Positions 20,447-30,338 of a stretch of DNA of 56,029 bases are shown in pieces. Position 1 is the stretch's first letter; each line of letters begins with the position of its first letter. Origin of the DNA: Candidatus Hydrogenedens sp. (GTDB lineage: Bacteria; Hydrogenedentota; Hydrogenedentia; Hydrogenedentales; Hydrogenedentaceae). A program made the translations under genes and the position numbers. Below the pieces are notes generated by a model. It was not told where the DNA came from. It saw only the letters and a program-made list of their open reading frames with translations, and did no database searches. Where the stretch lies: the NCBI GenBank assembly GCA_049968235.1, contig JBMFRC010000021.1, forward strand, positions 1 through 56,029. Direction: 5' to 3'.

Positions 20447-20671
20447 TCATAATGTCCTATTAACTTCAGAAGAACTTCGCCAGGTCTGAGATGTAAGGTC
20501 CACCACATAGTAAGTATGAGTTATAGTATTCTCCTGTGATGTAATGGTATAAGTGTAGGAAGAGTCAGGCATGTTTACATAATCTTCTAAAGGACCTGCG
20601 TAAGCACAATAAGAAAAAAGAAATGAAAAAATGACAAATGAAAAATAACTTGCGAGATGGCTTTTGCGCAT
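20447..20671 (-). CDS. N-terminal fragment (signal peptide plus first PqaA-family block) of the 18539-20395 gene, separated from it by a single in-frame TGA
   Basis: MRKSHLASYFSFVIFSFLFSYCAYA signal peptide, then GPLEDYVNMPDSSYTYTI, which is typical of the PqaA-family N-terminus. Reading through the TGA gives ...NRTL*KHWLTIIVPTSITKTKGLLIISGGNNGSS... with no frame change. Confidence 0.5.
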   Translation of the reverse strand: MRKSHLASYFSFVIFSFLFSYCAYAGPLEDYVNMPDSSYTYTITSQENTITHTYYVVDLTSQTWRSSSEVNRTL

Positions 20672-20753
20672 TGGTAAACACCCTTATGTTATTCAAAGCA
20701 TTTTTAATAATTATACTATAAAATTAAGTTATAATGTCTTTTTTTCTTTTTAT

Positions 20754-20783
20754 TTGATATAAGTCCTATGAATTTGTTATAAT
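20754..20783 (+). promoter_or_regulatory. candidate sigma-70 promoter of the rpsB operon (TTGATA-N18-TATAAT)
   Basis: TTGATA at 20754-20759 and TATAAT at 20778-20783, about 120 nt upstream of the rpsB ATG. An imperfect hairpin (GGAGCC...GGCTCC, 20819-20870) lies in the leader. Confidence 0.35.
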
Positions 20784-20904
20784 TTTAACTCTTTATGAGA
20801 TTTTTAACAAAAACACAGGAGCCTCCCGCCTTTGTTTTGGGTGCTCATAAAAAATGAGTTCCAGCGGGCTCCAAGGTTAAACCCAAACAGATAAGGATAT
20901 AACT

Positions 20905-21783
20905 ATGTCAGTTGTAACCCCTCGTGAATTGCTTGAAGTAGGAGCGCATTTTGGTCATCAAACTCGCCGTTGGAACCCTAAAATGGCACGGTTCATTTAT
21001 GGTGAAAAGAATGGTATTTACATTATTGACCTGAAGCATACCCTTAAGCAGTTATATAAGGCGTATGCACTGGTTAGCGAAACCGTTGCCAATGGGGGAA
21101 CGGTTCTTTTCGTAGGCACAAAACGGCAGGCACAGGAAGCCATTAAACGTGAAGCGGAACGTTGTGGTATGTTCTATGTCAATAGCCGGTGGTTAGGCGG
21201 AACATTAACCAATTTCCGCACCATTCGAAGCAGTATTTCGGAATTACTCCGATTGAAGGATTTGGAAGAAACGGGCAAGATTGACCAATATGGTAAAAAG
21301 GAAGGGATTCAATTAAGAAAACGCATTGCTAAATTGGAAAAAAATCTCTGTGGTATTGTCAATATGATAGAGCCACCGAGTATTGTTTTCGTTGTGGATA
21401 CCAATCATGAAGAAATAGCGGTTCGTGAATCGGCACGATTGAAAATTCCGTGTATTGGCATTGTTGATACCAATGCGGACCCTGACGCAGTTTCCCTTCC
21501 GATTCCGGGAAATGATGATGCCATACGCTCTGTATCTCTCTATTGCAAAGTAATTGCGGATGCGGTATTAGAGGGTAAGAATATTCAGGAAAAGGGGTCT
21601 GCGACAGAGGCAAAGGTTAAGCCTATTTCCCGAAGAGTAAAGCGTGTAACTGATGAAGAGATAAAGCCTGTTGTATCTGTTTCTGAAGAAGATATGAAAG
21701 AAAATGAAGTAGAAGATGAAAGCACATCCTCTGATGAATCAGAAGAAATTCAACAAGAAACATCTGTAGTTGAAGAAAATTAA
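20905..21783 (+). CDS. rpsB: 30S ribosomal protein S2 (with acidic C-terminal tail)
   Basis: [43 protein letters not shown] is a canonical S2 N-terminus. The acidic Glu/Ser-rich C-terminal extension is unusual but in frame. Confidence 0.95.
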   Translation: MSVVTPRELLEVGAHFGHQTRRWNPKMARFIYGEKNGIYIIDLKHTLKQLYKAYALVSETVANGGTVLFVGTKRQAQEAIKREAERCGMFYVNSRWLGGTLTNFRTIRSSISELLRLKDLEETGKIDQYGKKEGIQLRKRIAKLEKNLCGIVNMIEPPSIVFVVDTNHEEIAVRESARLKIPCIGIVDTNADPDAVSLPIPGNDDAIRSVSLYCKVIADAVLEGKNIQEKGSATEAKVKPISRRVKRVTDEEIKPVVSVSEEDMKENEVEDESTSSDESEEIQQETSVVEEN

Positions 21784-21810
21784 TTATTAATAAATACAGG
21801 AGAAGAATAA

Positions 21811-22485
21811 ATGAGTATTAGTGCGAGTGATGTAAAAAAATTAAGAGAACAAACCAATGCACCCATGATGGATTGTAAAAAAGCACTTATGGAGTGCGGT
21901 GGTGATATGGATAAAGCGGTCAAATGGTTGCGTGAGCGTGGAATTATGAAAGCGGCATCACGTGCAAATCGTGTTGCGGCGGAAGGGTGTATAGCTTCTT
22001 ATGTACACATGGGCGGGAAAATTGGAGTGCTTGTAGAAGTAAACTCAGAAACCGATTTTGTGGCTCGTGGTGCAGAATTTCAAACCTTTGTAAAAGATAT
22101 TTGCCTGCAAATATGTTCTTCCGCACCGAAATGGATTGGCAAAGAGGACATTCCTGCGGAAGCATTAGAAGAAGAAAAACAATTATATGTAAAGCAGGCT
22201 CTGGACACAGGCAAACCTCAGAATGTTTGTGAGAAGATAGCAGAAGGCAAATTGAACAAATGGTTCGAAGAAGTTTGCTTATTAGAACAAGTTTCAGTAA
22301 AGCCTGAACATGATGGTAAAAAGATAAAAGATTTATTAGGCGAATTAACCGCTAAGTGCGGTGAAAAGATAGAAATCCGACGCTTTGTTCGTTGGATTCT
22401 CGGTGAAGGTATCGAAAAGAAACAAACCAATTTTGCAGAGGAAGTTGCCGCAGAATTAGCGAAATCCGCCAATAAAGAGGCATAA
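21811..22485 (+). CDS. tsf: elongation factor Ts (short form)
   Basis: MSISASDVKKLREQTNAPMMDCKKALMECGGDMDKAVKWLRERG is a UBA-like EF-Ts N-terminus. It sits immediately downstream of rpsB, in conserved synteny. Confidence 0.9.
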   Translation: MSISASDVKKLREQTNAPMMDCKKALMECGGDMDKAVKWLRERGIMKAASRANRVAAEGCIASYVHMGGKIGVLVEVNSETDFVARGAEFQTFVKDICLQICSSAPKWIGKEDIPAEALEEEKQLYVKQALDTGKPQNVCEKIAEGKLNKWFEEVCLLEQVSVKPEHDGKKIKDLLGELTAKCGEKIEIRRFVRWILGEGIEKKQTNFAEEVAAELAKSANKEA

Positions 22486-22488
22486 AGA

Positions 22489-23208
22489 GTGAGTATTCCA
22501 ATTTACAAACGGGTATTATTAAAACTCAGTGGAAATGCTTTATCCTCAGATGGGGAGAATATAGGCTCAAAAGCATTAAGTCATCTATGTGATGAAGTTG
22601 CATCGGCATATAAGACCGGTGCTCAGATAGGATTGGTCGTAGGGGGTGGAAATATCCTTCGCGGAAATCAATGGTCAAAAGCATCTGGCGTCGACCGTGC
22701 TACCGCAGATTACATGGGAATGCTTGCTACCGTAATAAATGCTCTTGCCCTTCAATCTGCACTGGAAAAACATGGGCTTGAGACCAGGGTGCTTAGTGCT
22801 ATAGAGATGAGACCGGTGGCAGAACCTTACATAAGACGACGTGCTTTGCGACATTTAGAAAAAGGGCGAATTGTGATTTTTGCTGCAGGGACCGGAAATC
22901 CTTTCCTCACCACTGATACTGCTGCAGCATTACGTGCCAGTGAAATAGATGCAGATATATTGATGAAAGCCACGCGGGTAGATGGGGTTTATTCTGCGGA
23001 CCCGGAAAAAGACCCTACTGCCAGAAGATATGACCATTTAACTTATCAACAGGTTCTTTCACAGGACCTGAAAGTGATGGATGCAGCAGCAATATCTATT
23101 TGTCGTGAAAAGAACATACCTATTTTGGTATTCTCTTTCTTAGAAAAGAACTGTATTGTTCATGCGGTTTGTGGGAACTCTATTGGAACTATAGTTAAGG
23201 GAGATTAA
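22489..23208 (+). CDS. pyrH: UMP kinase
   Basis: [31 protein letters not shown]...[10 protein letters not shown] is the UMP kinase signature. The rpsB-tsf-pyrH-frr order is conserved. Confidence 0.9.
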   Translation: MSIPIYKRVLLKLSGNALSSDGENIGSKALSHLCDEVASAYKTGAQIGLVVGGGNILRGNQWSKASGVDRATADYMGMLATVINALALQSALEKHGLETRVLSAIEMRPVAEPYIRRRALRHLEKGRIVIFAAGTGNPFLTTDTAAALRASEIDADILMKATRVDGVYSADPEKDPTARRYDHLTYQQVLSQDLKVMDAAAISICREKNIPILVFSFLEKNCIVHAVCGNSIGTIVKGD

Positions 23209-23211
23209 CCT

Positions 23212-23769
23212 ATGTCACACCCACTTATTAAAGAAGCCGAACAAAAAATGGATAAAAGTGTGGAAAGTTTGCAACAAGAACTCTCTGGCTTTCGCACAGG
23301 AAGAGCTACACCTACCTTATTAGATGTTGTTCATGTGGATGCGTATGGCAGTAAAATGAAGATTAATCAATTAGGAAATGTAACTGTCCCGGATTCTCAT
23401 CTTATCGTTATTGACCTCTGGGATAAATCACTTATCGGTGCTGTGGAAAAAGCGATTATGGCTTCACCGCTTGGTGTAAATCCATCGAATGATGGCAGAT
23501 TAATTCGCATACCTATTCCTCCTCTGAGTGAAGAGCGTCGTAAAGAACTTACAAAGGTTGCCAATAAAATGGCAGAAGAAGCCCGTGTTGCTGTTCGCAA
23601 TATTCGCCGTCATATTTTAGAAACCCTGAAAAAAGAGCAGAAAGACGGCAAGATAACCGAAGATGACCTGCATCGCCTTTCAGATGAAGTCCAGAAACTC
23701 ACCGATAAACATATTGAAAAAATAGACCAGGTTCTTAAAGCCAAAGAAAAAGACATAATGGAAGGCTGA
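23212..23769 (+). CDS. frr: ribosome recycling factor
   Basis: 185 aa with ...SGFRTGRATPTLLDVVHVDAYGSKMKINQLGNVTVPD... as the RRF fold signature. The stop is TGA. Confidence 0.9.
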   Translation: MSHPLIKEAEQKMDKSVESLQQELSGFRTGRATPTLLDVVHVDAYGSKMKINQLGNVTVPDSHLIVIDLWDKSLIGAVEKAIMASPLGVNPSNDGRLIRIPIPPLSEERRKELTKVANKMAEEARVAVRNIRRHILETLKKEQKDGKITEDDLHRLSDEVQKLTDKHIEKIDQVLKAKEKDIMEG

Positions 23770-23834
23770 ACTTCTATTTATCCTCTGACAATTTTACAGT
23801 TATTATCTGAACATTCAAATCAGGTTTTATATCC

Positions 23835-24614
23835 ATGCGAAAACTTCCTGCGGACTTAGACCCCCGAGTTAATGTAGAGCGGTTACCCCGACATATTGCT
23901 GTTATTATGGATGGCAATGGTCGCTGGGCAAAACGTCACGGGAAGAAAACGACCGAAGGGCATGAAGCAGGAACAGAAGGGGTGCGGGAAGTATTAAAGG
24001 GTTGCCGTGAGTTAGAGATTCCGTGCCTTTCTCTATATGCTTTTTCAACAGAAAATTGGTCTCGTCCCAAGGAAGAAGTAGATTCCCTCTTCCAATTAAT
24101 GAGTAAATATATCCGCAAAGAAATTGATGAGATAAATAAATATGGTATCCGTGTATTGTTTATGGGCGAATGGAGAGAATTACCTTCAACCGCTGTGCGG
24201 GACCTCGAATATTGTCTGGAACAAACCCGAGATAATAGAGATATGACCGTTGTCGTAGGATTAAATTACGGGGGAAGGCAGGAAATACTTCGCTGTGCCA
24301 AAATAATGGCAGAAAAAGTTCAAAAAGGCGAATTGCTACCAGAGGAAATTACTGAAAGTCTTTTTAATCAACATTTATATATACCTGAATTTCCCGATGT
24401 TGACCTTTTAATCCGCACCAGTGGAGAACAACGGGTTAGTAATTTTATGCTATGGCAGTTATCTTATGCGGAGATGGTCTTTTTGCCTGTTCTCTGGCCA
24501 GACTTTCGGCGAAAACATCTCTGGGAAGCCATAGTTCATTACCAGCAAAGGGAACGACGATTTGGCTCCCGTACAGATGAAACAGACCCTGGTGCATCGG
24601 AAATTCATACCTGA
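23835..24614 (+). CDS. uppS: isoprenyl transferase / undecaprenyl-diphosphate synthase
   Basis: HIAVIMDGNGRWAKRHG...YAFSTENWSRPKEEV...LIRTSGEQRVSNFMLWQLSYAEMVF are cis-prenyltransferase motifs. The stop is TGA. Confidence 0.9.
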   Translation: MRKLPADLDPRVNVERLPRHIAVIMDGNGRWAKRHGKKTTEGHEAGTEGVREVLKGCRELEIPCLSLYAFSTENWSRPKEEVDSLFQLMSKYIRKEIDEINKYGIRVLFMGEWRELPSTAVRDLEYCLEQTRDNRDMTVVVGLNYGGRQEILRCAKIMAEKVQKGELLPEEITESLFNQHLYIPEFPDVDLLIRTSGEQRVSNFMLWQLSYAEMVFLPVLWPDFRRKHLWEAIVHYQQRERRFGSRTDETDPGASEIHT

Positions 24615-24637
24615 ACATCGAAGAGAGGAAGCCCCCT

Positions 24638-25444
24638 GTGTTTCAGCGAATTATTACAGGAAGTATTTTAGTTATACTCACCGCCATCCTCATCTGGGTG
24701 CCGGGCTTGCATATTCCTTTGGGTATTTTTATCGCCTGTTTAACCACAATTGCTGTCCGTGAATACTTCCACATCGTTGAACCTGCTAATAAAAATATTC
24801 TCAGTATCCTAACTTTAGGGCTCGTTCCTCTCACTGTACTAACAGGAATTTTGCATACTCTTATTATGCTACATCTGTTTTTTATTCTTTCTTTTGGGCT
24901 TTTATCCATTATCTATACATTCAACAGAACTACTTCTATAAATAAATTTGCACATTCATTCTTCGGGCTATTTTATTTTGGTTGGGTCCCTGCACATCTG
25001 TTAATACTTCATAAGACACCCGGAGGTCCCGGACTAATAACCCTGTTTATTACCGCAGTGGCTCTATGCGATTCAGGTGCGTATTGTATTGGAAAACTTT
25101 TTGGGAAACACGCCCTTGCTCCGGAGATTAGTCCTAATAAGACCTGGGAAGGAAGTATGGGTGGGATTATTTTCAGTACCGTTGGGACTTTTGTTCTCTG
25201 GATATTGCATAAAGCCATTTTTACACAATTCTTGCCTGTTCGGAGTATTGGTTTTTATCTCCAATGGGGTATAATACTTGCCATATTAAGCCAATTCGGT
25301 GATTTGTTAGAATCACGATGGAAACGGGAAGTAGGTATTAAAGACTCCGGAACTATTTTCCCGGGACATGGGGGTGTTCTTGACCGCTGTGATGGGATGT
25401 TATTTGCCTTTCCGTTCTTCTTTTATTTAATAAAATTTTTATAA
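24638..25444 (+). CDS. cdsA: phosphatidate cytidylyltransferase
   Basis: Multi-TM protein with the C-terminal CdsA signature ...SQFGDLLESRWKREVGIKDSGTIFPGHGGVLDRCDGMLFAFP. Confidence 0.85.
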   Translation: MFQRIITGSILVILTAILIWVPGLHIPLGIFIACLTTIAVREYFHIVEPANKNILSILTLGLVPLTVLTGILHTLIMLHLFFILSFGLLSIIYTFNRTTSINKFAHSFFGLFYFGWVPAHLLILHKTPGGPGLITLFITAVALCDSGAYCIGKLFGKHALAPEISPNKTWEGSMGGIIFSTVGTFVLWILHKAIFTQFLPVRSIGFYLQWGIILAILSQFGDLLESRWKREVGIKDSGTIFPGHGGVLDRCDGMLFAFPFFFYLIKFL

Positions 25445-25479
25445 CATTGTTTTGAGGATTAAGGAATTTTGAATTTGTT

Positions 25480-26595
25480 ATGTATGAATTAGAAATACAA
25501 GCGATAGAAAACTTAAAACAGCGATTGGTAGAACTCCGTACCTGCTTGAATGTAGAAGGGATACAGGAACGAATTGCGAAGTTGGAACGGAGTATGGAAG
25601 ATTCGGAGTTCTGGAATGACCCCGAACAGGCACAAAAAGTTTTGCAGGAGATTAAGAATTTAAAAACAGTTATAGAAACCCCGGAAACACTTCAGAAAGA
25701 ACTGGAAGATGCGGAAGCATTTGTTCGTATGGCTGAAGAGGAAGCGGATATATCCCTTCAATTGGAAATACAGCAGTTGAAAGATAGGTTAGAAAAAGAA
25801 GTTCATCAATTGGAAATCAAAAGCCTATTCATAGACCCGCGAGATACCAAACCCGCTATTGTTAGTTTTCATCCGGGGGCAGGTGGAACGGAATCTTGCG
25901 ATTGGGCACAAATGCTTTATCGCATGATTACACGATACTGTGAAGAGAAAGGTTTTACCGTTGAATTAATAGATTATCAACCGGGGGAAGAGGCGGGTAT
26001 TAAAAGTGCCACGCTACGGGTGTCTGGTCTTTATGCATACGGTTTATTAAAATCCGAAAGTGGTGTGCATCGTCTCGTCCGTATTTCCCCATTCGATGCA
26101 AATAAGAGACGGCATACCTCTTTTACTGCCATTGAGGTGCTTTCAGAGGTAGATGACGATATAAAGATAGAAATTCGTGAAGAAGATATAAAAATGGATA
26201 CTTTCCGTTCCAGTGGTGCAGGCGGACAGAAAGTAAATAAAACCAGTTCAGCTGTCCGACTAACACATGTGCCCACAGGTTTCGTCGTTACCTGTCAAAT
26301 TGAGCGTTCACAACACCGCAATCGTGCTACTGCACTACAAATGCTCAAAGCGAAGTTGTATGATATTGAGATGAAAAAAAAGGAAGCAGAAGTTTTCGCT
26401 CAAAGAGAAGGACAAACGGAAGTTGCCTGGGGTAATCAGATTCGAAGTTATATCCTTCAACCTTATCAACTGGTTAAAGACCATAGAACCGGTGCGGAAA
26501 CCAGTAATGTAGATAGGGTTTTGGATGGAGATTTAGATATATTTGTAGAAGCTTACTTAAAATGGAATTTAGAAAAGAAAGGTGTGGGAATCTAA
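25480..26595 (+). CDS. prfB: peptide chain release factor 2, encoded in a single continuous frame (no programmed +1 frameshift site)
   Basis: SPF tripeptide (RISPFDANKRRHTSF) and GGQ (SSGAGGQKVNKTSSAVRLTHVPTG). The N-terminus MYELEIQAIENLKQRLVELRTCLNVEG is contiguous with the body. No CTT-TGA-C shifty site is present. Confidence 0.9.
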   Translation: MYELEIQAIENLKQRLVELRTCLNVEGIQERIAKLERSMEDSEFWNDPEQAQKVLQEIKNLKTVIETPETLQKELEDAEAFVRMAEEEADISLQLEIQQLKDRLEKEVHQLEIKSLFIDPRDTKPAIVSFHPGAGGTESCDWAQMLYRMITRYCEEKGFTVELIDYQPGEEAGIKSATLRVSGLYAYGLLKSESGVHRLVRISPFDANKRRHTSFTAIEVLSEVDDDIKIEIREEDIKMDTFRSSGAGGQKVNKTSSAVRLTHVPTGFVVTCQIERSQHRNRATALQMLKAKLYDIEMKKKEAEVFAQREGQTEVAWGNQIRSYILQPYQLVKDHRTGAETSNVDRVLDGDLDIFVEAYLKWNLEKKGVGI

Positions 26596-26597
26596 CT

Positions 26598-28103
26598 ATG
26601 GATGAACAATTCAAAGAACACTCTACTTTACAGGAATTACGCGAAAATCGTATTCGCAAAATGAACCATTTCCGTGAACGCGGAGATAATCCTTATAAAT
26701 ATATCTTTCACCGAAGTGCTATCGTATCAACAATTCGAGAACAATTTGAAAAGGTAGAACAGGAACAACCCGAACAGGCACAGGAGGGAATCCCGGCAAT
26801 GCTGGCGGGTCGTATTACTGCACGAAGAGAGCAAGGGAAAAGCACTTTTATGGACCTGCGTGATGAAAGCGGTCGCATCCAATTATTCTTCGGTGAAAAA
26901 CAGGTAGGTGAAGATAAGTATGAATTTTTGAAAGATTTTGATTTAGGTGATTTTATCGGTGTCGAGGGTCTTGTCCGAAGAACAAAACGGGGGGAAATAA
27001 CTCTTTTTGTAAAAGAATTCCAGATTTTAACCAAGTCCTTACGCTCTTTACCGGAAAAGTTTCATGGTTTAACAGATGTAGAGACCCGCTATCGTCAACG
27101 GTATCTTGACCTCGTAGCCAATCCCGAAGTGATGAAAATCTTCCAAAAGCGCACAAAGATGATTGATGCTATTCGCACCTATCTGAAAGAACGCAATTTT
27201 TTAGAGGTCGAGACACCTATGCTTCATCCGATACCGGGAGGTGCTACAGCACGACCGTTTATCACACATCATAACGCATACGATACGGACCTCTATTTAC
27301 GCATTGCTCCTGAACTTTATTTGAAACGACTTATTGTAGGTGGATTTGAGCGTGTATTTGAGATTAACCGCTGCTTCCGTAATGAAGGTGTGGATACAAA
27401 ACATAATCCGGAATTTACCATCATGGAACTCTATGAAGCGTATCAAGATTACTTAGGATTAATGGAAGAAACGGAAGATTTGTTCTACACTGTAATGACT
27501 CAGATTATTGGAGCAGAGAATTTTACCTATCAAGAACAAGAAATTTCATTGACCCGTCCCTGGAAGCGTATTCCTTTGCATGAAGCCATTCGTCAATTTG
27601 CAGGAATTGACCTGGAAGCAACAAGAGACCGTGATAAAGCCAAACAGTTAGCAGAAGAAGTCGGTGTAGAGATTCGTCCCGAAATGGGTTATGGTAAAAT
27701 TGTTGACGAAGTAATGTCTGTTAAAGTGAAACCCCATCTTATTCAACCGACTTTCCTTTATGATTATCCTATTGAAATATCTCCGCTGGCAAAGAGAAAA
27801 CGTGATAACCCAGCATTGACAGAACGCTACCAGTTATTTATCGGTGGATTAGAAGTATGTAATGCCTTTTCAGAATTGAACGACCCCTTAGACCAGAGAG
27901 AACGATTCATGGAACAGGTACGCCTGCGCGAAGCAGGAGACGATGAAGCCCAATACCTCGATGAGGATTTCCTGACCGCATTGGAAGTGGGTATGCCTCC
28001 AACAGCGGGATTAGGTATCGGAATTGACCGACTGGCTATGCTTTGCACGAACTCGTCATCCATTCGTGATGTAATTCTGTTTCCCTTACTTAGAAAACTG
28101 TAA
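26598..28103 (+). CDS. lysS: lysine--tRNA ligase (class II)
   Basis: Anticodon-binding OB fold, then class-II motifs (...FLEVETPMLHPIPGGATARPF..., ...CFRNEGVDTKHNPEFTIMELY..., ...GMPPTAGLGIGIDRLAML...). ATG 26598, directly after the prfB TAA, is preferred over the track start 26562, which would overlap prfB. Confidence 0.9.
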   Translation: MDEQFKEHSTLQELRENRIRKMNHFRERGDNPYKYIFHRSAIVSTIREQFEKVEQEQPEQAQEGIPAMLAGRITARREQGKSTFMDLRDESGRIQLFFGEKQVGEDKYEFLKDFDLGDFIGVEGLVRRTKRGEITLFVKEFQILTKSLRSLPEKFHGLTDVETRYRQRYLDLVANPEVMKIFQKRTKMIDAIRTYLKERNFLEVETPMLHPIPGGATARPFITHHNAYDTDLYLRIAPELYLKRLIVGGFERVFEINRCFRNEGVDTKHNPEFTIMELYEAYQDYLGLMEETEDLFYTVMTQIIGAENFTYQEQEISLTRPWKRIPLHEAIRQFAGIDLEATRDRDKAKQLAEEVGVEIRPEMGYGKIVDEVMSVKVKPHLIQPTFLYDYPIEISPLAKRKRDNPALTERYQLFIGGLEVCNAFSELNDPLDQRERFMEQVRLREAGDDEAQYLDEDFLTALEVGMPPTAGLGIGIDRLAMLCTNSSSIRDVILFPLLRKL

Positions 28104-28125
28104 ATCGCAATATAGGAAGATCCCC

Positions 28126-29379
28126 TTGAAATTCGAAACCTTTGTAGCCCTGCGATATTTGAGAAGCAAGCGGAGAAACCGCTTCATTAGTCTTATCTCG
28201 ATTATATCTATTGCAGGCGTCAGTGTCGGTGTTATAACACTAATTATTGTCATGAGTGTGATGACAGGTTTCGATATTGCCCTTCGAGAAACGATTATCG
28301 GGAATCGCTCTCATTTGAGTATTTATGAAATAGGGGGAAAAATTCAGGATTACGAAAGTATTATAGAAAAGATAGAAGCAATATGCCCAGAAATTGTTGC
28401 CAGTGGACCAATTATTCAGGTGGAGGCTTTGTTTAAGAATGGGGAATACACCACCGGCGGACTTATTTTAGGTGTAGACCCGGAGCGAGAAAGTAAAGTA
28501 ACAGACCTTGCAAAGAATTTGACCGAAGAAGGAGGGCGTCTTTTTGGAAAAGGGAAACTCCCCAAAGAAAAAGAAATTGTTTTAGGGTATCGATTAGCAA
28601 ATCGCATTTCTGCACGATTGGGTTCGCAATTGCAGATAGTAACAGCACGTGCTATTATTCGTCCTTTCCTGGGTAGACAGTTGGGGTCGCAACTTTGGCT
28701 TACCGTAAGTGGTATATCCCATGCACGAATGTCAGAGTTTGATGAAGTGTATGCCTTTGTAGATTTGCCCACCGCCTACATGCTAACCGGTGAAAAAGGA
28801 GTGGATGCTATCCATGTAAAATTAACAAATCCATTTCTTGCGGATGTTGTAGCACGACGCATTCGGGAAAATTTAGGCTACCAAACGAAAACATGGTATG
28901 AGGACCAGCAGGCATTTTTTGACGCACTACGACAGGAAAAATTAGCCATGTTTATCATTTTAGCGTTCATTATTCTTGTTGCTGCATTCAATATTACCAG
29001 CACACTCATTATGATTGTTATGGAGAAACGACGGGACATCGGTATCCTTCGCACCTTAGGTGCCAGTACTAACTCTATATTATTAACTTTCATACTTCAG
29101 GGGTTATTCATCGGAGTTATCGGCACAGTTATAGGATTGTGCATAGGTATCGTTCTTGCATGGAACATAAACCCAATAGCCCAATTTATTGCAAAATTAC
29201 TCGGTTGGGACTTATTCAACAGCACTATTTATTACTTTGAAGGGATACCTGTTGCAATTGTTCCTTTTGATGTCATGTGTATAGCCATTTCTGCTGTATT
29301 ATTAACTTTCCTTTCAACCTTATATCCTGCATACAGCGCAGCGAGGATTAATCCGGTGGATGCAATACGATATGAATAA
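28126..29379 (+). CDS. lolC: lipoprotein-releasing system permease (LolC/LolE family, FtsX-like)
   Basis: MKFETFVALRYLRSKRRNRFISLISIISIAGVSVGVITLIIVMSVMTGFD is the LolC/E N-terminus. It has four TM segments with a large periplasmic loop. TTG start with AGGAAG RBS. Confidence 0.8.
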   Translation: MKFETFVALRYLRSKRRNRFISLISIISIAGVSVGVITLIIVMSVMTGFDIALRETIIGNRSHLSIYEIGGKIQDYESIIEKIEAICPEIVASGPIIQVEALFKNGEYTTGGLILGVDPERESKVTDLAKNLTEEGGRLFGKGKLPKEKEIVLGYRLANRISARLGSQLQIVTARAIIRPFLGRQLGSQLWLTVSGISHARMSEFDEVYAFVDLPTAYMLTGEKGVDAIHVKLTNPFLADVVARRIRENLGYQTKTWYEDQQAFFDALRQEKLAMFIILAFIILVAAFNITSTLIMIVMEKRRDIGILRTLGASTNSILLTFILQGLFIGVIGTVIGLCIGIVLAWNINPIAQFIAKLLGWDLFNSTIYYFEGIPVAIVPFDVMCIAISAVLLTFLSTLYPAYSAARINPVDAIRYE

Positions 29380-30052
29380 TGTCATTATTTGTGAAAATAT
29401 TCATAAGAAATTCTATGACGGCTCAAGAACACTACATATCCTGCGTGGGGTTAATTTTGAGGTTCCGGAGGGGAAAATTATGGCTATTAGCGGGCCCTCA
29501 GGAGTCGGAAAAAGCACATTACTGCATATTGTAGGGACATTAGACACACCAACCGATGGAAAAGTTATTATCAGTGGGAAAGAAATACAAAAATTATCAA
29601 GACATGAAATCAATCAATTAAGAAATAACGATATCGGCTTTGTTTTCCAATTCTATCATTTACTCCCGGAATTTACTGCATTAGAGAATGTGATGATGCC
29701 CGCCTTATGCAAAGGGAAAAGTAAAAAGGAATGTATCCCTCGCGCGGAGGAATTATTATACAAGGTGGGACTTAAAGAGCGAACAACGCACAAACCCGGC
29801 GAATTAAGCGGAGGAGAACAACAACGAGTCGCTATCGCCCGTGCTTTATTCAATTCACCACGAGTGGTCCTTACCGACGAGCCCACAGGAAATTTAGATG
29901 AGGAAACAAGTGCCGACGTTATTGATTTATTATGGAAATTGCATGAAGAGGATAAGATTACTATCGTCATCGTTACGCATGATGAAAGTCTTGCACAAAA
30001 GGCACACCATTGGATTTATCTCCATGATGGACAGGCTCATATCCGCAAATAA
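29360..30052 (+). CDS. lolD: lipoprotein-releasing system ATP-binding protein (ABC ATPase)
   Basis: Walker A GPSGVGKST, ABC signature LSGGEQQRVAIARAL and Walker B VVLTDEPTGNLD. It overlaps the lolC stop. An alternative ATG at 29372 (ATGA overlap) is equally plausible. Confidence 0.85.
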   Translation: MQYDMNNVIICENIHKKFYDGSRTLHILRGVNFEVPEGKIMAISGPSGVGKSTLLHIVGTLDTPTDGKVIISGKEIQKLSRHEINQLRNNDIGFVFQFYHLLPEFTALENVMMPALCKGKSKKECIPRAEELLYKVGLKERTTHKPGELSGGEQQRVAIARALFNSPRVVLTDEPTGNLDEETSADVIDLLWKLHEEDKITIVIVTHDESLAQKAHHWIYLHDGQAHIRK

Positions 30053-30338
30053 TGTGGAGATTCTGTTTAATCGCTTACTCATTTACCTACCTGAACAATA
30101 GATAAATACACACCTGATACATTTAGAGGAAAATAATGCTTCTCCCCTACAAAACTATAATTTGTTTTTAGCAAATAAACAGAAAGGTATGTATCTGTAA
30201 CAATGCAATTTTTCCTACCGAAGTAAAAACACCTTTGTCGTAGGCAAAATTAAGTGCGTAATCTGTTGAAGAGGATTGGTGGATTTATTTATTTCATTTC
30301 CATACTGTCCTATGGAGACTACCTACGGGTTCTTCTTT

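Noticed and set aside
20447-20449. Selenocysteine insertion at the in-frame TGA of the PqaA-like gene (and at 37542 in PL1)
   Set aside because: The positions do not correspond to catalytic Cys or Sec sites of these families. One of the PL1 stops is TAG. No SECIS-like hairpin was evident immediately downstream.
26562-26597. lysS start at 26562 (MEFRKERCGNLT...)
   Set aside because: It would overlap the last 34 nt of prfB. ATG 26598 directly follows the prfB stop and yields the conserved LysRS N-terminus.
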